Below, piece by piece: positions 26,751-40,397 of a DNA stretch of 64,000 bases. Position numbers and translations under genes: made by a program. The stretch comes from Balanoglossus misakiensis (lineage: Eukaryota > Animalia > Hemichordata): NCBI GenBank assembly GCA_040954595.2, contig CM082582.2, positions 6,308,303 to 6,372,302 of the forward strand. Reading direction: 5' to 3'. The notes below the pieces were generated by a model. The model searched no databases and was not told the origin of the DNA. It saw nothing but the letters and a program-made list of their open reading frames with translations. Numbering within the stretch: the first letter of the stretch is position 1; each line of letters begins with the position of its first letter.

Positions 26751-27327
26751 CTGGGAATAATAAACGTCTACCCTCTCTAATACACTTCAAAAGAACTGAA
26801 GATCTTTATCATTGGTGAACATCTCAGCTATAAAGCCTGAACTGAATGCACTGCCGACGACATACGACGAGTTACGACGTACGTTCCGACCGAAGAGCAT
26901 GTTGTTACGAAACGTGTCAACATGGTCAATGGAGGTTGCTGCGGGACTGTAGCCCTATCAGTACCACTTCCCCCGGTCCCCGTCCGTAGGTTGTTGGGGA
27001 CGGGGTAGGGTTGTTTCCCCACTCCCCCAACAATCTACAGCAAAGGGGAGTGGTAGGGCCCCAGTCAGTGGAATTCCGACTCTTGTGGGTAGGGGTATAG
27101 ACGCGCACCAAGTTAGTGTTGTTACGGATGCTGGTCCATAACAATAGCATTATAGCCCTACCACTGACACCCACCCCCACACACATGCCTTTTTTACATG
27201 TTGGTCAATTTTGATTTACAGTGTTCATCTTACCGGCAAATGTAAAATTCACTGCTGACTTGTGTGGTTGAATTCAAGTGAAAAGACTTCCCTGCAGCTG
27301 ACGGAGGGCCGGTTTTAATTAGAAGAC

Positions 27328-27991
27328 ATGCACGCAGACTTGTCCCCACATTTACACACAGAAGAGTGCAATGCCATTGTGAGGCAACTCAGACAGTGTC
27401 ATCAAGAGGTAGCTGAAGAAATATTAATGCATCTATCATAATGTTCGTGTGTGATATTTTGTGGTATAAAAAGAGTCTGGTATGATAGTGTCAAGAAAAA
27501 GATGGCACATATGAACAGCCATGTGCACACATATAGACAGTTGCTATGACTCCAGCGTTTTATTGATTAACTTTACGCAAAAGGTGAAAAAGATAGACAG
27601 AAGATATTTTTTAATTTTAACTAGTAACGTGTTTTGTTATTTCGTAGAATCCATGGAAGAAATTTGTTGGAAGCTGTAATGAGTTAGACGTAGCTCTAGT
27701 AAAGTGCCTTAAAAAAGAGGTACGTGATCACATCATGCGTCATATAACAAAGTTGTAATTGTCGTTGTCCTGTATGTTTCTTAGACCTGGTAATTTTTTG
27801 GACTGGATGTCAAATTTTGCAAACAGAAAAAAGTGAATGTTAATACCAGGCATCGGAGACATCCATACTGATGCATGTAATGGATTATTATTGTTTCATT
27901 GCAGAGAGAACAGAAGAGGAAAACGAACTATGGAAAATCTCTTGAAATGAAAGAAAAGATAGCGCAAGGAGTAAAGAAGTCGTCCCTTTGA
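27328..27991 (+). CDS. CMC2: COX assembly mitochondrial protein 2 (twin CX9C), 79 aa, 3 coding exons
   Basis: Exons 27328-27408, 27648-27719 and 27905-27991 give [27 protein letters not shown]|[24 protein letters not shown]|[28 protein letters not shown]. The N-terminus is nearly identical to the CMC2 [14 protein letters not shown] and there are two CX9C motifs. Not in the ORF track. Confidence 0.95.
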
Positions 27992-30900
27992 TAAATAGTG
28001 TGTTGCAGTCTGTGTTTTGTGGCAAGCTGATATTTTTGTGTGTAGCATGGATATTCTCACAAAGTTGGATAATCCAAAGCCGATACTGAACCTTATAGGT
28101 ATCTGTTGGGTTACTGTTCATCATCTATCAATACAGATTAGTTTCCCAGTAAAGGAAATACAATTGCAAGCATGATTTCTGTCCAGGGACAGTATATAAA
28201 CGCACCAAGATGCACCAATGTCTTGTCAGTGAATCAGAATTTGAACGCTTCTGTCCAACTGTTGAACCGCTGTCCTGAGTGTTTCTGAGGTACATGTGTA
28301 TGCATGAGGAAATGACTAGATTTGTGTGTTTCTCTTCTTGTCTGTACATTTTAGTACCATTATTCTTGTGTGAAAATCTGTAACTTTTGCTTTGTAAGAC
28401 GAATTTTCATTCCTTTTAAAGTCATCTGATTTAAGATCTCTGGAGTGAATTATTTTAATCATGCATTGAAATAAATTGGTCCACCATACCAGTATATTAA
28501 AATTGGGAACGTGTTTTCTTTTGCTTGTTCATTTGTTGGTGCTGTTGACCAATGATATTTTGTGTTCAATTGTGAAACAGCATGCTGGCCAACCAATATC
28601 TTGTTAACTCATTCTGAGAACCAAATGATACAAATCTGTCACAGAGAATTCGAAATCTGCATCAATTTGTAAGTACAAGTCGGGAGCATATCATGAAATG
28701 CCCCTAAAATTATATTCCCCTCTTCAAATAATATGGTTTAGAGTCTAATAATAGCAGCTACTTTACAATTTTTCGACGTGATCAAGTGAGATATTTTGAA
28801 TCGAAAAATCACAGTTTCGACGTTAGAGACGCACGGTTGCTATTCAGGATCGAGAGAGAAGTATATAGGTTTATCGTTATTGGCATCGTAAGTCTATTTC
28901 ATCAATTACACATTACTGTCACAGTGATTTCTTCGCGTATGTGTGCTTTAACTTCAAACTTTATACTTACAGAAGCTTAACCACCAACAACATCCCAACT
29001 CAATTTGCCTGTCGGTAACTGTCAATCACCTCTCATGAATAAATTTACGTTCTCATACATGTACATCGTTTGTTTCTTTTCAATCTCTCAGAAGTAGATT
29101 GCGTGCACTTTCCTCATCGGGTCAGGCTTCCGTAATGGAGTGGCAGCCTATAATTGAAAAGCCACGTTTCCCGTGTTCGTATAAATACTAGTTGAACGTA
29201 TTACCGCACGAAGATGGAGATATCGTTTCCGATAGTAATCACAATTTATTTCGCATTTCAGGCCGAGGTTCATTTCACGAGAATCACTTAAACCGCGACC
29301 TCGTTTACAACATTTCGAAATTTACATTCTGTTTGAGAAGCATTCGATCTGCACGGGTTCACATCAGATATATGGGAAACTGGACAAAATGAAACGCGCA
29401 TGTGCTGGCAGTGCATTTAGCATGAATTGAAAATTACCCCATAGAATTTTTTGAGAAAAAGGGTGACCTCTCTGAGACTTGAAAAAAGCCTCCAGAGCTA
29501 CCGTTTTTGGCATTATTTTCATTATTTCATTTTCCAACTTAGATTGGTCCATCTAAATAGGCTTTACTGATAGGTCTACATGAACATCTCGTCGCAAATA
29601 CATGTAATATTGTGAGGATTTTAAAGGATAGGGAAGAGATTTAAAGTATTTTACTGTGGAAAAAATATGTGAAATATGGTTGATCTAGACTAGAGGCTTT
29701 AAACTTCAAGACGTCTGCTTGAGCACTGCTGTAGGATGCGATTCGTCCCGAAATGACAATCGTGCAAGGTCGGAATTCAATTTCAGAAGCCATAAAACGC
29801 ACGCTGACATCATTAGACTTAGTAAATGGACATCTTAACATTGATATGACCGAATGGAGTTGATACGCTTCTCACAGGAAATTAGCCCACAAAAAGTCAT
29901 TTCTGGCGTCAAGCGGCAGCGGTGTAGACCTTTTGACGAAAAAGATTTACTAAATATCCAGCACATGCCACCGATTGAAGCTGACAAGTACCGGTATAAG
30001 CTGACCTATATATACTACAAAATTCAATGCAACCTTGACGAAGTCACAGGACGGATTAAAATAAGCAGATGCCCAGAGAACGTAAACAACAGCTGATTTC
30101 TACAACACTGTTTAGGCTATTTTCGTCCACGAGCCGTTGAACGACAAGACCAGTAACATTTCATGGCCATTCTATGTTTTGATGGCTTAGTAAACAATCC
30201 CCCGTTTCATCAAAATAATGTTCAGGCTATTTTCGTACCAGTCAATAAGCAAAAAAAAGCCCACGGGTGTCGAGGTGACACCCATCAGAATTTCGAATGG
30301 TATTATTTTGGTGGACATATTCACGCTAAGACAATCTATACCTAAGTCAGAATCCCAAGTTCTCGTCAAAAAAGTTAGTTTGCAGTTATATGAGCAACAT
30401 AAATTCAGAGACACCGACCAAAGGGACGAGTGTTTGCTACAGATATTGATGCGGTGTGATGTGATGTTCGCTAACTTTATCTCTATGCACGCTTAATTCG
30501 ACTCCTAACTAGACCTTAGAAGGGATGCATGTATATGCTCGTATTTTTTTATTTTTTTTTTGAAACTTGCCCACCAGAATGTACAGTTATTGTGCTGGTT
30601 CGCGGTCTCTCCACCAGCCCATGAAAAGCGTGGCTTTGTGTGAACACGTACAGAAAGAGTGAACTGCATAATGATGATGTGCTAGTTGCCCGATTTATCA
30701 AACATTTCCCGGAGGGAAGACCGCAAAGTGACGGATATTAAGTGTTGTTTTTGCGTCGGCCATACTTTACGGAGGGGACGACGACATGCAACCGCGGCAC
30801 CTTCCTCTGTATTTCCATTAAACCACTTATCAAGTTTGTGGTAACGTAATACTTTCTGATCAGGCTGTGCGTCTCGCATGATTTTCGTGATATACTGCCG

Positions 30901-33142
30901 CTGACTCAAGACACAGAATAACACAGACATGCTATCAATATCTGCACATATGAGTGAGTGTCATATCACTGATGAAACAATTAATACGTGATACACACGA
31001 TAATAAGTCACGCGTGCTCCAGTAGCTTTGTCCTTCATTTGACATTGAAAGATCATTCAGAAATGTATTTCCAAACGATCGAAGTTTTGACAGAAACAGG
31101 CGTGTTTTTTGTCAATCATCAAAGGCCTTATTCTCTTCAAGCATATATTTTCTGAAAAGCCATTAGTTATAAAGCGATCACGTGACATTCCTTTTCGACG
31201 AAATGAATTTTGACCCCTTTTTGCAATAACGCTGTATGATTTCCAGATAAAATGTGTGCAATTACAACTCTTTGTATCATCCTCCGAAGCGTGTATCAGA
31301 TTTTCTTGTCGTACTTTACTGTTTTGTTACGCACTGTTGAACGTGTCAGCCCGCGGTGCGATTACGGTAAAAAAAGGTGTAATGGCGTCGGAAAGTCTAG
31401 CCTTTTGGAAGGCCGGGGGAAATCGCGCCAGTCACGGTTTTGAACGATGTTACCACGGCCATGCTATATTTTTGGTGGACGTGGCATGCACATTAAAGCT
31501 TATTTACAACTGCATGTTGGGGAAAAATACCCGGATGATGACGAAAAAGTTTCGGGGTTCCGTGCAGGGCTAAAGGGGTCCCGTAACTAGGGAGTCCTGT
31601 AAGAAACTTTTCACTATGGCCGAACACTCTGTTTTTATTTGTTTTCACACACACAAGAATTAACGTGTGTGGATGATTATTTCTTTCTGGATACCTGTCG
31701 CCGAGACACGAACTTCCTTAACGAGAAAACTAGAAAGCCTCATCGCGACAGACGTCATCATCACATTATCAGCATTTGTTATGAATTCATCCTTGTCCAT
31801 TGGGGGAAGCTCGGAAACATGCAGTGAAACATGACTTCAGCTTCATCTAATCTTTCTGTAGCATCTGACGTCAGATGATTAATCGCTATCAGCTGACGAT
31901 CTCGTCCTTTACCCCTAAATATGGATTGTCTTGACGAAATTGGAAAAAGCGGTTATAGGTTTTTCACCACCAGAGTGATTACGGTCTAGGCTTCGTATTA
32001 CCCGCACGATTTTTCGCTCAAGTTTGTTCACGCATGCGAGCTTAGTCTCGGTTACCCAGACGCCTTTGCTCTTCCGCTGCTGGTAACCGATACTAATGCG
32101 AGCTATATTGTCTGTCTGTCTGTCTGTCCGTCTGAACATTTGATGCTGATTACATGTTTGAAATTGGGCGAACTGGTTGCGTATTGACGACGTTATCAAG
32201 AACCAATTCTTCGATATCAAATGACATCAGACACTTTCCAGCGTACACTCAATAAACTGCAATTTTGTGAGCTTTTCCTATCGGTACCATGTTTCTAAAA
32301 ATACTGCACTTAATTTGGTGAAACTTGTTACTGATATTGTTTAATATACATGTAGGTCAGGCTGCGCTATTGGGTCATTAAACAGTATCATTATACTTCG
32401 CAAATTTTCCCATTTTAGGAATTTTTGCAATGATTGCTACAAATCCATACTATTCAGAGAATATGTGAGAAAATTGGGTGATAATTCGGGTCATCGCATT
32501 TCTGATAGTTGCAGCAGCTCACGGTCCTTTCACGCTGTTTACAGTACTCGTTTTATCCCGGGTCTTGATTCACAAATAGTTTCCTCCACTTAACCGCCTC
32601 TGTCGCCAATTTAGTTATGGCCGCTTATTGACTTCATGACATTTACTCGGGCGCGTTTTCCCTTCTTTCTCGTGGGTCTTATTAAGCAACCACAGATTTC
32701 AAAGACGCCGTTTCAAAGTCTCGACAAATCGCGGGCTGTCTCATATTCGCGCTATGAAATATCGGGACAGCAGTTATTTTCTGATGTATGGTTCATTTCT
32801 TTCAAATACCCACTCTGAATGGTTTCGTCCAGTAGGCGTACCCCATATCATACATTCAAATGATATCAGCTATGTCTTTTACTTCACCGCAATCCGAAGG
32901 TGTGCTCGGGCTGACTTGGGCTAGGCTGCGGAGATCGCTGTGCACTCAAAAAGCAGCATAACCAAGCAAACTGTGTATACCCGATCACTTGGAGAAGATA
33001 TACACCGGGTGTGTTCATCGGGTTGCTCGTGTCTTGTCACGCAGTGTGTTTGCACACCATTTGGTAAGTCAGCAATCTCCGTTTCGATTTGGTCGATATG
33101 AAATACGTCGCTCGGTCGCTTGAACGATTCATTGGGTGGTTG

Positions 33143-33361
<219 letters not shown>

Positions 33362-33934
33362 TATTTCATACTACTGCAATATCACATACGTTGCTTTATT
33401 CACATTAATTCCATTGCCTGTTTGCAAGTTGAAACCGGGACATCGGCATCTTTATGGTGTTATATTCTATTAGATTCGATTTAACCATACACTATAATTG
33501 CACATGATACTTGTAATTAATAATGTGACGATATTGTATTTTCTTTGTTGTTGAAAGTTCAATTAGCTTAACAAGAAATGTCTTTGACAATTGGCAAGGT
33601 TCTACTGTTGTTGAACGATCTTAATCACAAGACGTGGGAGGTTGGGCAAATTGATCTTCATCGATGCATGGAAATTAGTACATAGTGTAAAATACGAGGA
33701 AGAGGACACGGTGTAGAACAGGGAAATTAAGAAAAAAGGCCATGATTAGCATACACGGTCAGATACATAAATGTCTATAGGTGCGTGATATATGCTAGCC
33801 TGGTCTCCATACCCATCTATAAACACACTGGGTATGGAGACCAGTGTAGATATATGCGTATTTCGAACATCCAGGGATGGAAGAATCTAGGGGCTAAAAG
33901 TTGGAACGTTTTCGAAGAAACCAGAAAGTGTGTG

Positions 33935-33961
33935 GTTGTTGTTGTTGTTGTTGTTGTTGTT
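33935..33961. repeat. (GTT)n microsatellite
   Basis: Direct reading. Confidence 0.9.
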
Positions 33962-35207
33962 TGGGGGGGTGAAGAATCACTAGAACAGTCAACACAGGGA
34001 AATTTAGTTAATGTGCCATTTACGTGGATTTACTAAATGCGACGGTAAGTTTACCCTTTTAAAGTCCAAGACTGGGCCATGCAGGAATATATGCGTGGAA
34101 AACAAAGACATTTGACGTGCTGTGTGTGACGTGTCATATACGTGGTGATCGTCTCTGCGTCATAGACCCAAGATTATATCTATCTCATTTCGACGCTTAA
34201 ATGTAAGGCGACCACAGAGCATGATTATGTGTCTTGTCGCAGAGAGTATGGTTGCCAAATACAGCTATCGTGCTTCGCGAACGTGCCAGACGACTTAAGA
34301 ATTCGAAGCGATTGCATGCCAGAATCATCTTAGGTCGTTTACTTTTTCTTTCTGACAGTCAATAACTTCACTAGTTAATTGCGATGGTGATAAATTATTA
34401 GTCCGACGTGTGCCTGTGGGCTTCGGCGGCACGGACAAACGCAGTCAAGTGTTGCCTTTGTAATAATATATTTTTTTGCATTTAGATTAATTTGGAATTA
34501 AAGCCTGCAGTCGAACTCGCACAATGCTCCAAGATATCATCGGACAATCAGAATCGATATCAATTCGAGTGCGTTGCGCGCGTTGATACCACTTGACAGT
34601 TGCAGATTGAGCTTTCATTCCAACTCAATGAATAAGGGACGTGTGAAAAACCGACACGCTTGCTATTTTGTATCGAACAGACCGTTGCTGATATTTGTGT
34701 CTTGCTTAACAAAATATGCAAAAATTCGGTGTCAACTGTACGCATTAAAACAGTTAAAACCTTACCGAATAAGGCGAAGTGATATTGTGCCACTGGGAAT
34801 AATTTTTCTTCTTTTTTTTATGTACAAAATAGTAATAACAGTCGCAACTCAATTCTCACGTAAAAGTCCCCGCTCTTGATGATTACAGTTGATTAAACGA
34901 TATTAGCCATCTACTTAGTCCCTGGATAGCAATTTGCTTGATACTAGACAGCATGTTTTAATTGAACAAAGTTTTCAGCCCTTCTCGTATATGATTATCC
35001 CAAACGCAACTGCAGCTAATTAATTAGTATTCTGTACCATGGGAAATACTTCACTCAACGGCGTCAAAACATGTCAACTTTATCTCGTTAAATTGGCTTT
35101 GACTCTGCCCCCCCCTCTTGTGTATTTGTGTCCGTCACCTGAGATTTGTGCATGATACTCGCATGCTGGTTACGAAAATCAACCACCACCATCGTCACCG
35201 TCGCCGC

Positions 35208-35348
<141 letters not shown>

Positions 35349-35942
35349 TTATGGCGGGATACTATTGATGCACCTTTTGTAAGATTTTACCATTGAATGA
35401 TAACACTCTAAGTTCGTGGTTTTGGTTTTAATTCAGTATACAGGACATCTCATCATGTACACTTTTTACCAAAAAGCTATAGTCTCTTCGTGTTCAAATA
35501 GAGTGGGCGTCGATTTTTATGACCTCATTTGTTACACCCACATGCATGCTGCACTCATAAGCGCCTATATCTCAGTAAAAAAGCATCCTATTTTGCTGCG
35601 AGCCTTAATATACCCCAGATGGTTTCACGGTCAACGAATGGTGGTTTTAAATTTGACTTGATGCCACCCCTGGCACCCCTGAGAACTCGAGTGTAAGCCT
35701 CACGCGCTTGCTTTGATCTGACGTCGGGTAAACGCCCCCTCAAACACCTCGCCTTCATAATTCTTAAGGGTGCAACTTTAGCATTCATGTCATATAGAAA
35801 TACAGATGCGTGTATCCATGGCAATGTGGTTTCCCCAGGGAACGGAGTGTTTTTATCTTCGATCGAATTGCTTGCGATGGCGCCGGATTATCAGTTCAAA
35901 GTTCTTAGTAGTTGAGCAGCACATCCGATATATTCGCATTAA

Positions 35943-36285
35943 AGGGACAAAGTCTCTCTCTCGCTGGCCTTTTTCCATTAATTATGTTTGATGCAAGACG
36001 CCGTTTATGTTATTTTACATGTGGATATATGGTGAATCAACATTCGACCACACACAACTTCCATCTCGTTTGTAGGATATGAGAGTAAAAACTCGCCCAA
36101 AATGAATAAATGGTAAAGAACGATTATTCATTTTGGCGAGTTTTTTCACTCCCCTGTCTATAAGAGGGATGGGAGATGTGTGTGGTTGAACGTTCATTCA
36201 CTATATATCCATATGTAGAATAACAAACGTTGTCTCTTATCAAATATAATGGAAAAAAGGGCAGCGAGAGAGAGACTTTGTCCCT
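35943..36285. mobile_element. Foldback MITE, Kolobok-type, copy 1
   Basis: TTAA|AGGGACAAAGTCTCTCTCTCGCTG ... CAGCGAGAGAGAGACTTTGTCCCT|TTAA with long imperfect inverted arms; homologous copy at 46654-46980. Confidence 0.85.
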
Positions 36286-36958
36286 TTAAGCTGGCGGCGG
36301 AAACGCAGTGCAGCTAGCGAAGATTCAATTGTTAAATTCTTGGACCATTATGCGGATGTGACGTCAGCTGTCCTGTAAAGGGGTTGTCGCCATACAGCGC
36401 AGCGTAAAAGTCACAACTTATAAGATATCGATTTACCGCCACGTGTGTCCACTAGCCCGTGGCTACAAATTCAAATGCACACCACGGATGTAAAAGTCCC
36501 CCGGCCAGAAGCATCTCGCGATCATTCTGTTAACAGCACTACAACGTTTAAGTTTTGTTATCATTCTATAGTTAGTTCGGGAGCACCCCTGCCACAGATC
36601 ATCAAAACACAACTTAAATCTAAGTTACCTGAACAAAATTAGTGGAGAAAATCTATCGTTTCCAAAAATGAGCTTAGCAATAAGAGGCTTTTTTTACTGA
36701 ACACAATTGACAAAATCAGAGATATTCGTCTCCTGTGCTTAAAGTTTAACGAAGTGACTATTGCAATCATGGTATCATTCGCTTGATTCACACATTCTAT
36801 ATGCGAAAATTCCCCTCAAAAGATAATTCAGTTTACACTGATTGTATTTTTTCAATTAATGACGTCATCGGGAGAATGTTAAGTGGTTGGGGATCGTTTC
36901 CCAAATGAAAAAAGAGTGCCGCACATCGCCTGTTATAATGAAAACCAAACAGCAAGAT

Positions 36959-37040
36959 TTAAAGGGCGACGATCGGTCTTATGCGCACGCGCTAAACCAA
37001 AGATTCTGACACATGCGCATAGGACAATCGTCCGCTTTTA
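36959..37040. mobile_element. Possible tiny degenerate TTAA-flanked MITE / inverted repeat containing TGCGCA motifs
   Basis: ttaaagggcgacgatcggtcttatgcgca ... tgcgcataggacaatcgtccgctttta form imperfect inverted arms. Confidence 0.45.
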
Positions 37041-40000
37041 GCACAACTTCGACAGCCGACTATCACAAAGATAGGCACAGAAGGTCATGTTACACTGAAT
37101 TTTCCGGAAACAAAATCGTGACAAGCAAGCTAGGAGTCCACCGTTGTAAACAAAAAATCAAACTAGCAAAGCATGATACGTTCAAGGATTTGGCAAACTT
37201 GACATCCTATGGTTGAAATGAGACCCTAGCCAACGGTGCAACTGTTTTTCAAGAAGTTAATGAGGATACGGTATATGTATCACAAAAGAATCAACGCGAG
37301 GAAAATAATTACCGCGTCAAGGGAGGGGGCAAATCGGCGCATTCAAGAAAACGAGAGCACTTAACTGACGAAATAATAAGAAGACTCATTGAACTTGACT
37401 GCTGCATGTAAACGAAAGAGACTTGAAGGAGGCATTTCTGAAAAACATGAAATGTTTCCATAAACCAGTAAAGGCTTGCCAGATAATATAAATTTGAAAG
37501 CTGTACCGGTAAACGCCAAACGAAACACTCGAATTCAAGAGGCCGATCGCTTTAATTGGTTCCAAAGGAAGCTTGAATATCCCACCGATTACCAGATCTG
37601 TGTTCACTAACGCGTCGCCTACGTAGAAGTTACTACCTTCAGGGCTTTTTTTTGTTCCAGAATGAAATGGCCTTGTCAAGGCCATACAGCTCAAGTTAAT
37701 TACTTCAACTTTACCTTCAGCTGCACTGGCCTTCACACGAACGCCAATGGGGGGGGGGGATTGAGACTATATCCACGGGCGTGTTAACCCCAGTATTTCC
37801 TGCATAATTATCATGAACCATGTGGTGCTGAAGTTTAAGTGATATACCATTCAGGGTATGCTCACATTTAAATGGAACCTAAATTGTGCTTGGAAAATGG
37901 AGAATTTCCATAGCTTTGCTCAAAATGTAACCCAGGCCTATTGATTGTGTGTGTGTCCTACTACTTTAACATTGCTGGTAAAATCCTCTTTGATGGCATA
38001 CAATATAACAATATGCCATTTGAACCGATTGTATGCATTCGTTTTTTGCGATTAACTCTATCAAGTTCAGTTAGGTTCAGTTAAGCCCGGAATTCAATGT
38101 CTTGAAGAGCGAGAAAGCGAAATGGAGTTATTGGATTGACGTCACCTTGGCGTTATCGGGCCATTTAAAAATACAAATACGTAAGTAAAGTATGCAAAGT
38201 GTACTTTCGGTAAAGGTGCACACGCCTTGTACTATATGAATAGAATGTCTCCACCGGTGTCACATACAGTAATCTGGTGTGAATATTTTACTTCGCAAAT
38301 GACGCTTTGTGACGTTTCCCGGGGATTTGGACGTCATTTGACATTCAATATTCCGATGAAATAATCTCAGGTAACTCTCATTTGGAATTTTCGTTGTGAC
38401 AACATTTGAAACAGTGTTGGCGAATTTGGCACTCAAGTCAGTGGAAATAGAAGCTTAAACATGTCTCCGTGCCATGGACATACATTTTGTATCCCCTCCA
38501 AAACATCTGATACAACAATATGGTCGCCATCGCCTGGACGTCATATTGACATCCCCAAGGACATTTCTACAATGTTGACGTCATTTGACATTGTTGCCAC
38601 CGACAGATCTTGGGTAATTTTTTTCATATTATACTAAACAAAAAGTGACATTCGGCATGTAGTGAGCATGTAGTGGGCGATTTCGCACCAAAACAAGGAG
38701 CAGTCTGCTCGCCCATCGGCGTTACAGTCATCCGTGGGCGATGTTATAGATAGTCTTCCAAAGGTAGGATATCATATTGTTGGTTTGTATTGGTAAAGTG
38801 AGAAAGCGATTTTTATAGCGAGCCGGCGATATGCAGGAAGGTTTCAGGAATGGTTTTGAATGAGGCAAAATGCGGCTGTGTCGTTTTATAAAGACTTGCT
38901 TTTCGGTGTGTGTCAAACATATGTGTACCGTATTTTCGCATTTTGTGACTCTACATCTTTTAGTTAAATTATTCTTCCCGCTTTAATTCACATTAAGATC
39001 TATGTGACGACAGCATATGCATGGGATTTACGTGAGGAAATTTCATTACTGACAAACAATGAAACTGGGACCATTGAACTCTTCTGGGTTCGGCAACTTG
39101 CTTTCTAGAGTAACGGATCCGGTTTATATATTGGTGTCACCGAGTGGAACATCCGCAATTGTGAATAAACGTGATGTCGTGTCCAACAGGACACCACAGT
39201 TGGTGCAGGCGATGAAATAAATGCACGACACCGTTCCTGTTTGAAGCCACGACCGTTCACATTGTTTTGCACATGTATAGTAATAATTGGAAGTGTTTTG
39301 TTTTCGAAAGACATCCGGAAATAGAAATCAGCAAAATTCTACGAAACTGCATTCATTATTTCTTTTTTTCTGTAAAATATACTAGAAATGTTAGGCGTGT
39401 CGGGGTTAAGTTTCCCCTACAAAACTCGACATTGGCCCACCCATGGACAAGGAAAGTACATTGATCTTGCGCAAAATCAGAATGAAGAGTACATGTGCAC
39501 GTCGTAGTCCATTATGTATTCCGACCATGGTTTTCCAGTACGACGTCATGGCATATGGTTATATATGTTTCTGAGCTGTTTTGGTTCAACGCCAAGTAAA
39601 CCAACCCCACCCACCCCCCATCCTCGCAAAACCCAACCACCCGTAAAATTACCCGCCCATCCACAAAATTGATAAAATTGCTTAAACCACAGTGACATGG
39701 CACACCTGCGTTCAGATAAAACAACTACATGTTTATTCATAGCTTCATGTTTACACCGAACGCGTAGATGGTGAAGATTGTTGTCACATCCCCGTGGACA
39801 GTGCTGAAGTACGAGCTAATGACTTCAGAACAAATAACGACTGCACACAAACAAAACGGTGCCAAGGTCTTTGGTGAACATGATTGTCCAATTCAAACAA
39901 AATAGGCAATTTCGCTCATATAATTGTAACGCTTTCCACACGGTACGGAAATGGCGTTGGCGACAATAATTGACATTAATCGGGCTGTGTGACCAATGTG

Positions 40001-40397
40001 TTAATAATAATGACTTTGTACTTTACACGCCCCAAGAAAATATATACTTTTGGGAGTTTCAGAGTTCTATAATTGACAGAAACGCACAAGTCCCGAAAGC
40101 GCCTGTCTTGTTTATCCCCCCAGCTCAACGCGTAGTCAATTATTCTATGTGAACATCAGGGTCGCTGTGGACAAGAAAAAAATATGCCATTTGTAGCCCT
40201 TGGGCGGCGGCCGAGAGGGTGGGTAGTTTTACAATTTCGTGAATGTCGTGTGAGTAAATTGAAGCTCTCTGTTGATTCCATCCTGGTATACTCAAAACTC
40301 CGTGCACGGATTTTTCCCTCGGAAGGTTAAAGGTATCGGCTTGTACGAAAGAGTTGGCCTACACTTCTGGAGTTTAAACAAAGCACAGAGTATATAG

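Noticed and set aside
26926-27090. RNase P RNA or hammerhead ribozyme interpretation of the GC-rich hairpin
   Set aside because: GGAATTCCGACT only loosely resembles CR-V, there is no good CR-I, and there is no CTGATGA/GAAA core.
29641-30930. Cluster of 60-90-aa ORFs
   Set aside because: No recognisable domain or consistent splice chain; at most decayed TE sequence.
36488-36600. AAAGTCCCCCGG resembling RNase MRP RNA CR-I
   Set aside because: No complementary GGGGCT CR-V/P4 partner downstream and no supporting structure.
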